Source: a virus. Taken from it: a stretch of 41,608 nucleotides of DNA. The notes beneath the pieces are model-generated. The model searched no databases. It worked only from the letters and a program-made list of their open reading frames with translations, and was not told the origin of the DNA. The stretch spans positions 1 through 41,608 of the IMG/VR virus record IMGVR_UViG_3300032080_000012. One strand, given 5' to 3'. The position numbers and the translations under genes were made by a program. Positions 29,624 to 35,823 of this stretch are shown one piece after another; within the stretch, counting starts at the first letter, position 1; the number at the start of each line of letters is the position of its first letter.

Positions 29624-29934
29624 CACTCGGCCCGCCCGTCCGCCGTCAGCCGGTCGAGCTCGCGCAGGTACGCGGCGTACCGGCGCCGGCGGAAGCTCCA
29701 CTCGGTCAGCGCCCATCCGGTGGCCCGCGGCTTGTTCGTGGTCACGTCGTCGACGGACCACGTCCAGCGGCGCCAGAAGCCGTTGTAGCCGCCGCCGAGG
29801 CCGAGCCGGGTGCGGGCCCGTTCGGCGGCCTTGCGGCGCAGGGCCTCGTGCAGCTCGACGTGGAGGCGGTGCCCGTCGGGCTGGGCGAGCATCCGCAACG
29901 CCAGCCGGTCCGCGCTGCGGCGCATGACGCTCAT
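29623..29934 (-). CDS. hypothetical basic protein
   Basis: 103 aa from an ATG overlapping the upstream stop (ATGA). MSVMRRSADRLALRMLAQPDGHRLHVELHEALRRKAAERART... Confidence 0.5.
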   Translation of the reverse strand: MSVMRRSADRLALRMLAQPDGHRLHVELHEALRRKAAERARTRLGLGGGYNGFWRRWTWSVDDVTTNKPRATGWALTEWSFRRRRYAAYLRELDRLTADGRAE

Positions 29935-30290
29935 GACGTCACCGCCGGGCGCGGGCCGAAGATCTCGGCGATGGCCTTGCCTAGTTCTTCGCGGGTGAGC
30001 AGTCCGTCGTACGGATCGGCCACGATCAGGGGGAGGGTCTTCGGCGAGATGCCGAGGAGCTTGTCGGCGGCGTCGGGCACGTCCATCCCGATCAGCTCCT
30101 CGGGGCCGTCGGCGACAACTTCGCCAGCCGGGTGGACCGTCGCGCCAGAAAGCAGGACGGTCCATCCCGCGAAGCAGGCGATAGTGCCGCAGTCGGCCAC
30201 GCCGACCCACTGGCTCTGCCGCCACTGCTCCGGGTGCGCATCGATGTGGTCGAGGACGCGGTACGCCAGCTCGGCGTTCGGCGCGGTCAC
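29931..30290 (-). CDS. hypothetical protein, paralog family B (copy 1)
   Basis: 119 aa, (V/M)TAPNAELAYRVLDHIDAHPEQWRQSQWVGVADCGTIACFAGWTVLLSGATV... About 80% identical by eye to ORF 32872..33231. Confidence 0.65.
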   Translation of the reverse strand: MTAPNAELAYRVLDHIDAHPEQWRQSQWVGVADCGTIACFAGWTVLLSGATVHPAGEVVADGPEELIGMDVPDAADKLLGISPKTLPLIVADPYDGLLTREELGKAIAEIFGPRPAVTS

Positions 30291-30493
30291 CGGACCTCAC
30301 CGCCCCGGCGGGCGTGCCGCTCCGGGCGGACGGCCGACCAGAGCAGCAGCACCCCAGCACCCGCCAGCACCCACATCCCGACACCGGCCGCGAGGTACAC
30401 CTGCGGCGACTCGATCGCGAGGGCCGCGAAGAACAGCACCAGCGCGGTCAGGTACGCGGCTGCGGCGCTCACCACCTTCACCCGGCGGGTCAC
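30287..30493 (-). CDS. small membrane protein (2 TM)
   Basis: 68 aa from a GTG (GTGA overlap). VTRRVKVVSAAAAYLTALVLFFAALAIESPQVYLAAGVGMWVLAGAGVLLLWSAVRPERH... Confidence 0.55.
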   Translation of the reverse strand: MTRRVKVVSAAAAYLTALVLFFAALAIESPQVYLAAGVGMWVLAGAGVLLLWSAVRPERHARRGGEVR

Positions 30494-30873
30494 AGGACTG
30501 CTCCGCTCACGCGGATCGCGACCTGCAGCAGCGCCACCTGGGCCAGCACCAGCAGCACGTGGCCGACCACGGGCACCAGCAGCCACGGCCACGACGGCAC
30601 CTCACGCGACGGCTCCACCAGCCGGCGCGTGCCCCGGTAGCCCGGCGGGCGCTCGGACGGCTGCGGCATCACGGCGGCCAGGTCGACGACCGGCACCGTC
30701 TCGTTCTCGTCGGCCTCGTGGACCAGCAGGCTCGCCAGCGTGGCGAACTCGTCGGTCGGCGGGCGCAGGTCCGGGGACTGCTTGTCCGGGCGCGGCGTCC
30801 ACCCGCTGGTGTAGACGGTCCCGGGCGGGCTGTAGGGGATCACCTCGGTGATCTGCGGCAGGGTCTGGGTCAT
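30490..30873 (-). CDS. hypothetical protein with C-terminal TM segment
   Basis: 127 aa. Pro-rich N-terminal half, with C-terminal ..SWPWLLVPVVGHVLLVLAQVALLQVAI... ATGA overlap upstream. Confidence 0.55.
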   Translation of the reverse strand: MTQTLPQITEVIPYSPPGTVYTSGWTPRPDKQSPDLRPPTDEFATLASLLVHEADENETVPVVDLAAVMPQPSERPPGYRGTRRLVEPSREVPSWPWLLVPVVGHVLLVLAQVALLQVAIRVSGAVL

Positions 30874-31409
30874 CGCCCGATCCCCTGCTTCACTGCGCTG
30901 GCGATCAGGTCGGCCGCCTGCGCCCGGACGGCGGCGATGACCTTGGCCTTCTCGGCGGCGAAGACCTCGGACAGCTCCTTCTCCAAGATGGTCTTCACCG
31001 CCTGGGAGATGTTGCGCTGCAACAGGGTCTGGCTGTCGCTGCGGTGCCGGTCAGCCTTCTGGTTGATAACCGTGCTGACCTCGGACATGATCAGCTCGCG
31101 CAGCGTCGTGGTGCCGCTGGTCGGCTCGCCGTAGATGTTGGTCTTCTGGATCGGCCCGGAGATCGCCTCGGCGACGATCGGCGTGACCTGCTCGCGGATC
31201 ACCTCGGTGCGGATGTCGAGGTACCGCTTACGCAGGCCGCCCCACTCCTCTTCCTTGGTGAGCTTCGCCGCGATCAAGGCCGCGACGCGCTCGCCGAGGG
31301 TGACGTCGGTGGTCTCGGGTTCGCCGTCCTCGTCGTAGCGGACGCGTTCCGCGATGACGGTGGTGAGGTCCAGGGCTTCGACGCCCTCGACGTTGACGTT
31401 GATTTCCAT
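30870..31409 (-). CDS. hypothetical protein
   Basis: 179 aa from the ATG at 31409, preceded by GGGAGA. MEINVNVEGVEALDLTTVIAERVRYDEDGEPETTDV... Helical and Lys/Glu/Ile-rich. Confidence 0.6.
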   Translation of the reverse strand: MEINVNVEGVEALDLTTVIAERVRYDEDGEPETTDVTLGERVAALIAAKLTKEEEWGGLRKRYLDIRTEVIREQVTPIVAEAISGPIQKTNIYGEPTSGTTTLRELIMSEVSTVINQKADRHRSDSQTLLQRNISQAVKTILEKELSEVFAAEKAKVIAAVRAQAADLIASAVKQGIGR

Positions 31410-31445
31410 CTCTATGTCTCCCGTGCAGTTGTTGCTGGGTGGGGT

Positions 31446-31479
31446 GGCCCGGGCCGCGATAGCGGTCACGGCCCGGGCC
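31446..31479 (-). terminator. perfect 11-bp-stem hairpin in an early-operon spacer
   Basis: ggcccgggccg (31446..31456) pairs with cggcccgggcc (31469..31479), with a 12-nt loop. A second imperfect hairpin lies at about 31520..31555. They sit in the 147-nt noncoding gap between 31557 and 31409. Confidence 0.4.
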
Positions 31480-31556
31480 GGGTGCCCGGCGAGTCCCCAC
31501 GAAGGGCCGGGCGGTACGGGGATCGGCAGCGCTGAAGACACCGCCGAGCCCCGGGG

Positions 31557-31775
31557 TCAGGTGGAGCGGATGTAGCCGACGACGCTGACCGCGATCGCGA
31601 GCCGGTGTGGCTCGCAGACCTCGACGAGGAACATCCAGCCGGGCCGGCGAATGTGGACGTGGGCGCTGGGCTGCTCGTCGCAGCGCATCTCGACGGCGCC
31701 CTCGGTGGTCGAGCCGTCGAGGACTGCGAGGACCTCGCCGAGGACGTAGGCCTGACACGGGGCGGGCGCGGTCAT
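31557..31775 (-). CDS. hypothetical protein
   Basis: 72-aa ORF with an ATGA overlap with the upstream gene. Confidence 0.5.
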   Translation of the reverse strand: MTAPAPCQAYVLGEVLAVLDGSTTEGAVEMRCDEQPSAHVHIRRPGWMFLVEVCEPHRLAIAVSVVGYIRST

Positions 31776-32161
31776 GACTCGCTGCCGTCCACGACGAGCC
31801 CGTCGTCGCCGACGGAGCCGGTGCGCAGCGGGCCGCGGGCGGGGGAGACCGGCGTCGGGTCGTCCGGCTCGCTGTCAGCCCGGGTGTAGGTCAGGCCGGT
31901 GAAGTCCGCGACGGCCTCCAGCGGGATCTCCGCATCGGCGTAGAAGTAGTCGACGTTCACGCCGTCGCCGTCGACCTCGCGGTGGGCGGTGAGCACCCAG
32001 TCCCGGCCCTGGCTGGTGAACGGGTACACGACCACGACTTCGGCGGCCGCTCGGCTGGGCAGGAAGTCGGGGGCGATCCGGTCACCGACGGAGAGCCGGG
32101 CGGCGGGCTGCATGACGGGTTCGCTCGCGGCGGCAGGGGCAGGTACTTTCAGGGTCATCAT
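31772..32161 (-). CDS. hypothetical protein
   Basis: 129 aa from an ATG-ATG pair at 32161/32158, with AAAGG upstream. MMTLKVPAPAAASEPVMQPAARLSVGDRIAPDFLPSRAAAEVVVVYPFTSQGRDWVLTAHREVDG... Confidence 0.55.
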   Translation of the reverse strand: MMTLKVPAPAAASEPVMQPAARLSVGDRIAPDFLPSRAAAEVVVVYPFTSQGRDWVLTAHREVDGDGVNVDYFYADAEIPLEAVADFTGLTYTRADSEPDDPTPVSPARGPLRTGSVGDDGLVVDGSES

Positions 32162-32237
32162 CGATCGGCCTTTCGCGCAGGGGAGGATGGATCGGTGAGC
32201 GGGTCGTCCGGGTCTCAGTCGGGCGGCCCGCAGCAGT

Positions 32238-32348
32238 TCAGCGGCCCTTGACCGGCGGGCCGCCGAGCGGCCGGGTGTTGGTCGGCTTCTTCGGCGGCTT
32301 GCTCGGCGGGGGCTTGCCCTTGTCGCCCTTGCGCCCAAAGAGGCCCAT
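32238..32348 (-). CDS. possible 36-aa Lys/Pro-rich peptide
   Basis: Hand translation: MGLFGRKGDKGKPPPSKPPKKPTNTRPLGGPPVKGR. The ATG shares its A with the upstream TGA (TGATG). High third-position GC. Below the ORF-track size cutoff. Confidence 0.35.
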   Translation of the reverse strand: MGLFGRKGDKGKPPPSKPPKKPTNTRPLGGPPVKGR

Positions 32349-32875
32349 CAGAGACGCCCGCCCCGGCGAGCGGACTCGCGAGCAGCCACATCCCGGACCG
32401 CCTTGGCGAACGCGTCCGGGTCGACGGTGCCGTCGAAGTGGACGCGGACTTCGGTGTGTGGGTTGAAGCCGCCGCGGTCGATGCGCTCCGTCTCCACCTC
32501 GGCCGGGCTGCGGGCCGGCAGCTTGACCGCGGAGCCGACCGGCGGCAGATGCGCGGCGGCGAGGCGGCCGAGCCCGCGCTGGGCAGCGGCGATGTTCAGC
32601 GCAACGTCCTGCAGGTACCAGCGCGACCGGTCCGGGTCGCCGCCGGGCAGCGCCGCCGGGTCGATGTCGCGGCTGAGGACGTGCAGGGCCTGGGCGAGGA
32701 GCCGCTCGGTGTCGCGGATGACCTCGCCGAGCCGGGGCAACTGCTCGCCGAGACCGTCGCAGTGCATCGGCATGCCGTAGTCAGACCACGGGTGAGCCTC
32801 GTGCTCGACGCGGGAGCCGCAGAAGCGGCCGGGGCCGGTCGGGCCGGAGGGGTGGCCGGGCGGGTGGGTGGTCAC
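32348..32875 (-). CDS. hypothetical protein
   Basis: 175-aa ORF. The GTG start overlaps the upstream stop (GTGA). ..CGSRVEHEAHPWSDYGMPMHCDG... Confidence 0.6.
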   Translation of the reverse strand: MTTHPPGHPSGPTGPGRFCGSRVEHEAHPWSDYGMPMHCDGLGEQLPRLGEVIRDTERLLAQALHVLSRDIDPAALPGGDPDRSRWYLQDVALNIAAAQRGLGRLAAAHLPPVGSAVKLPARSPAEVETERIDRGGFNPHTEVRVHFDGTVDPDAFAKAVRDVAARESARRGGRL

Positions 32876-33231
32876 GATGTCGCCGCCGGGCGCGGGCCGA
32901 AGATCCGGGCGATGGCCTCGCCGAGGGCATCGCGGGCAAGAAGCCCGTCATACGGATCGGCGGCGTCCAGAGGGAAAATCTTCGGCGAGATGTTCAGCAG
33001 CCTGTCGGCCGCCTCGGGCACGTCAAGGCCGATCAGTTCCTCGGGGCCGTCCACGACGACCTCGCCAGCCGAGTGAATGGTTGCGCCCGAGAGAAGCACG
33101 GCCCAGCCCGCGAAACAGGCGACTGTTCCGCAGTCGCTCTCCCCGATCCACTCGCTCTGTCGCCAGGCGCGGGGGTCTGCATCGATGTGGTCGAGGACCT
33201 TGTAAGCCAACTCGGCGTTCGGGGCGGTCAT
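32872..33231 (-). CDS. hypothetical protein, paralog family B (copy 2)
   Basis: 119 aa, MTAPNAELAYKVLDHIDADPRAWRQSEWIGESDCGTVACFAGWAVLLSGATI... The ATG overlaps the cro-like stop (ATGA). Confidence 0.65.
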   Translation of the reverse strand: MTAPNAELAYKVLDHIDADPRAWRQSEWIGESDCGTVACFAGWAVLLSGATIHSAGEVVVDGPEELIGLDVPEAADRLLNISPKIFPLDAADPYDGLLARDALGEAIARIFGPRPAATS

Positions 33232-33497
33232 GCCGCACTCACCGTGGCGGGCTGAGGCGCGACCTCGACGAGGCGGGCGGCGGGGATGCCGAGGGTCTCC
33301 GCGATCCGCACCAACTCGGCCGCCTCGAAGCCGATCGTCCCGGCGAGGCGCTTGCTGATCTGCGGCTGGGAGACGCCGAGCATCTCCGCGAGCTTGTCCT
33401 GGCCGAACCCGAGCCGAACCAGCTCGGCCCGCACGTTCTGGCCGATCTGCTTGCGAACGGGGTCGACGTCTCGCCGAGGGCGGATGTCGTCTGTCAT
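33228..33497 (-). CDS. Cro-like XRE-family HTH regulator (first gene of the long minus-strand operon)
   Basis: 89 aa, ..NVRAELVRLGFGQDKLAEMLGVSQPQISKRLAGTIGFEAAELVRIAETLGIP... Divergent from the repressor gene. The C-terminus ends ..TVSAA. Confidence 0.7.
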   Translation of the reverse strand: MTDDIRPRRDVDPVRKQIGQNVRAELVRLGFGQDKLAEMLGVSQPQISKRLAGTIGFEAAELVRIAETLGIPAARLVEVAPQPATVSAA

Positions 33498-33591
33498 GGC
33501 GATGAGTCTCTATCACATAGCGATAGGTCGTCAAGACATGGCGATAGATTCATTACATGGGGTTGACGATATGGCGTGACGCCATGAGACT
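33495..33591. promoter_or_regulatory. divergent promoter/operator region of the genetic switch
   Basis: Three direct repeats CAT(G/A)GCGAT at 33495, 33516 and 33537, spaced exactly 21 bp. A 15-bp palindrome ATGGCGT-G-ACGCCAT lies at 33571..33585. TTGACG -35-like hexamers occur on both strands (plus 33563..33568, minus 33534..33529), with -10-like GAGACT (plus, 33586..33591) and TAGAGA (minus, 33512..33507). Both predicted transcription starts fall at or next to the start codons. Confidence 0.55.
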
Positions 33592-33598
33592 GTGTGGC

Positions 33599-34084
33599 AT
33601 GACGACGACACCGGAACAGCGCACCGCGACGCTCTCCGAGTTGGTCGCACGGGAGATCGACTCGGTCAGGGGGCGCCGGCGCATGTCGCAGGCCCAACTG
33701 GCACGGACGATCGGGAAGACCGAGATGTGGGTCTCACTGCGACTGCGGGGTAAGCAGCCAATCGACCTGAACGACCTGAGCCTGATCGCCGAGGCCCTGG
33801 GTGTGAGCGTTCACGACCTTCTGCCGAGGTCGTCCCGAGGGGCGGGAGCAGCGGGCGATCGAGTCACCCAAACGATAGTTCCGGTCAACTCATCCGTTCG
33901 GCCGATGCCCGACCGGCCGATCACTCCTCGCCCAGCCGCCCGGCCCAGCCGCCACGTGGTCGTCGGCGGGGGTCCGTACAGCCCTGGGCGACGCGATGCC
34001 ACCCGGCCGGTATCGGCCATCCCGGCATCACGCCGGCGCCCGACACAGATAGGGCCAGGAGTTCGGCCGATGGCCGGAGAGTGA
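33599..34084 (+). CDS. CI-like XRE-family repressor with long low-complexity C-terminal extension
   Basis: HTH ..RRMSQAQLARTIGKTEMWVSLRLRGKQPIDLNDLSLIAEALGVSVHDLL... ATG 33599 (MTTTPEQ) is preferred over the track start 33557, which lies inside the promoter/operator. The last 85 or so codons are Arg/Pro-rich with only about 70% G/C at third positions by hand count. Confidence 0.75.
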   Translation: MTTTPEQRTATLSELVAREIDSVRGRRRMSQAQLARTIGKTEMWVSLRLRGKQPIDLNDLSLIAEALGVSVHDLLPRSSRGAGAAGDRVTQTIVPVNSSVRPMPDRPITPRPAARPSRHVVVGGGPYSPGRRDATRPVSAIPASRRRPTQIGPGVRPMAGE

Positions 34085-34160
34085 CCGCAGGACCACGATC
34101 GAGTGACAAAGACGGCCCCCGGGCCGGTGCGCGAACACCACCCGGAGACCTTGACCGCAG
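33856..34160. other. short-direct-repeat cluster, candidate attP arm/core region
   Basis: CGATCGAGT(C/G)AC at 33856 and 34096, GTTCGGCCGATG at 33896 and 34061, TGACCGCAG at 34082 and 34152. There is a local GC dip (cacccaaacgatagttccggtcaactcatcc). The region lies upstream of int and overlaps the repressor 3' extension. No host sequence is available to confirm. Confidence 0.3.
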
Positions 34161-34176
34161 AGGAGCCCTGCGACCC

Positions 34177-34428
34177 ATGAGCACCGTAGCCCCCGTAGAT
34201 GTCGAGTACGGCACGATCGAACACTTCGCCGCCAGGATGCGCTCGGATGCCGCTCGACCCGAAGGCGCACTGCGCGAGGCAATGCTGATGGCCGCCGTCC
34301 TGGGCCCGATCCAATCCATCACGCGGCACGTTGCCCACCTCGGCAGCGACCGAGCGATCGAGCTGATCGGCAACGTGCTCGCCGCTGAGCGGCTGGTCCG
34401 CGCCGAGATCACGGCAGCCCAGCGATGA
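34177..34428 (+). CDS. small helical protein upstream of and overlapping int
   Basis: 83 aa from ATG 34177, with GAGGAG 13 nt upstream. The track ORF starts at 34081, but its first 32 codons have poor third-position GC. MSTVAPVDVEYGTIEHFAARMRSDAARPEGALREAMLMAAVLGPIQ... Its stop overlaps the int ATG (ATGA). Confidence 0.55.
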   Translation: MSTVAPVDVEYGTIEHFAARMRSDAARPEGALREAMLMAAVLGPIQSITRHVAHLGSDRAIELIGNVLAAERLVRAEITAAQR

Positions 34429-35252
34429 CCGACCACATCGCCGACTACGCCCGCCACCTGTCCGACCTCGGCCGCGCCGAGAGCACCATCGACACCTACA
34501 CCGACATCCTGCGGCGCATGGACCGCCAGATGCCCTACGGCGTGTGGTCCGCCTGCGAGGAAGAGCTGAAGGAGTGGATCTGGAGCGACAGCCACGGCAG
34601 GGCCCACCGCAAGCTGTGCCGGATCATCGTCAACAGCTTCTACGAGTGGGCGGTCCGGCGGGCCGAGGCCGGCGAGGGCGGCCTCGACTACAACCCGGCC
34701 GCCGAGCTGCCGATCGTCTCGGCGCCGCGCGGCCGGCCCAACCCGATCGCCGAGGTGCAGAAGATCGAGCTGCTCGCCCGGGCCGCGCGGCCCTACCGGG
34801 ACTGGTTCCTGCTTTCCTGCTTCACCGGCGCCCGGTGCACCGAGCTCGCGAACCTCGACGCCGGGGACATCACCGAGCGGCGGGTGCTGCTGCACGGCAA
34901 GGGCGACAAGCCGCGGTACGTGCCGACGCATCCGCTGGTGTGGGCGCTCGCCCAGGAGCTGCCGCCCGGGCCGGTCGCGGTCGAGACCCGCGGGCGGCTG
35001 CGCGGTGAGCGGCTGACCCGGCAGCAGGTCAGCCACCGCGGCAACTACCAACTCCAGCGGGTGCTCGGCCTCGACGGCGTGCACATGCACCGACTGCGGT
35101 CGACGTTCGGCACCGAGGCGTACGAGGCGACCCGGGACATCCTGGCGGTGCAGCGGCTGCTCGGCCACGCCTCGCCAGCGACGACGCAGATCTACGTCGA
35201 GGTCGGCGACGACGCCCTTGAGCGTGCGGTGGCCGGGCTGCGTGCGGCCTAG
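34425..35252 (+). CDS. int: tyrosine recombinase / integrase
   Basis: 275 aa. N-terminal SAM-like domain (..HLSDLGRAESTIDTYTDILRRM..). Catalytic region ..FTGARCTELANL..LHGKGDKPRYVPTH..HMHRLRSTFGTEAY..LLGHASPATTQIYVEV (R..K..HxxR..H..Y). The C-terminus ends ..GLRAA. Confidence 0.9.
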   Translation: MTDHIADYARHLSDLGRAESTIDTYTDILRRMDRQMPYGVWSACEEELKEWIWSDSHGRAHRKLCRIIVNSFYEWAVRRAEAGEGGLDYNPAAELPIVSAPRGRPNPIAEVQKIELLARAARPYRDWFLLSCFTGARCTELANLDAGDITERRVLLHGKGDKPRYVPTHPLVWALAQELPPGPVAVETRGRLRGERLTRQQVSHRGNYQLQRVLGLDGVHMHRLRSTFGTEAYEATRDILAVQRLLGHASPATTQIYVEVGDDALERAVAGLRAA

Positions 35253-35569
35253 ACCTGGTTCGGCCGGCGCAGCTTGCGGGGGATGGACCCGCTGGTCATC
35301 CCGTGCCTCGAGTTGCGGCTCTGGGCGACGGGGGCGGCGGGCTGGCCGGCGATCTCGATGCGGGGGACGCGGTTCGGGTCGAGGTGGTCGGGCCGGGCGA
35401 CGACGACGACCTGGGCGGCCTCGGCGGCCAGGACAGACACGACGGCGGCCCAGTTGGTGGTGATGATGCCGGCGACCTCGTAGCCCCGCGAGGCGCAGTA
35501 GGCCAGGCACTGGGCGGCGTAGTCGGCGACGCTGAAGGCGGCCGGTATGAAGATGACGGCGTGAGTCAC
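35249..35569 (-). CDS. degenerate serine-recombinase (resolvase) catalytic-domain-like protein
   Basis: 106 aa from GTG 35569, with GAGGAG 10 nt upstream. VTHAVIFIPAAFSVADYAAQCLAYCASRGYEVAGIITTNWAAVVSVLAAEAAQVVVVARPDHL.. aligns by eye with the resolvase N-terminal pattern (aVIY.RvS...Q...C..ya...G..V.......l......g....vvv..lDRl), but it lacks the RVS-type catalytic serine context and has no DNA-binding or recombinase domain. Its stop shares CTAG with int. Confidence 0.45.
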   Translation of the reverse strand: MTHAVIFIPAAFSVADYAAQCLAYCASRGYEVAGIITTNWAAVVSVLAAEAAQVVVVARPDHLDPNRVPRIEIAGQPAAPVAQSRNSRHGMTSGSIPRKLRRPNQV

Positions 35570-35823
35570 GAGAGTGGCACTCCTCGGCTGTTGTTGCAGG
35601 TGGGGTGGCCGCGAGATCTCCGAGTTAACCCGTCTGTAACCGCTGGATGCATCGTCCGTGACGGTGCGCGAAACGGACAAGCTGTGCGTGAAACTCACTC
35701 ATCAGGCGCCACTTCATCACCCAAACAGACAGATCCTTTACTCACCGTTGCTAGATCACCATTCCGGGCCCACACTTCGGGTCCTCGCGGCCAAACATCA
35801 CCCCTGCTGACGAAGGACGGACC

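Noticed and set aside
28240-31134. 964-aa plus-strand ORF, the longest in the track. Similar long ORFs include 11850..14252 (-), 33921..35510 (-), 5898..7172 (+), 7744..9123 (+) and 8135..9265 (-).
   Set aside because: These are extremely Arg/Pro/Gly/Ala-rich with no recognisable domains. They overlap well-supported genes on the other strand or in another frame. This is the classic shadow-ORF behaviour of high-GC DNA, where stop codons are rare in off-frames.
33557-33598. Upstream start of the repressor ORF (MGLTIWRDAMRLCG..).
   Set aside because: This segment coincides with the -35 element, the palindromic operator and the -10 element, and its codon usage is poor. The ATG at 33599 is preferred. 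The same reasoning moves the xis-like start from 36848 to 36923 and the small ORF start from 34081 to 34177.
33853-33880. tRNA 3'-end-like sequence (gggcgatcgagtcacccaaacgat), considered as an attP core derived from a tRNA gene.
   Set aside because: The loop only loosely resembles the T-loop consensus (ATCGAGT versus TTCGAGT). The flanking stems do not pair properly, and the putative acceptor strand is AT-rich. No convincing tRNA or tRNA fragment was found anywhere in the window.
35249-35698. Functional serine integrase/resolvase as a second integration system, and the full 149-aa track ORF.
   Set aside because: Only about 100 residues resemble the catalytic domain. The nucleophile-serine context and the DNA-binding domains are missing. 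The N-terminal 43 residues of the track ORF run through lower-GC noncoding-looking DNA, so the GTG at 35569 with an RBS is preferred.
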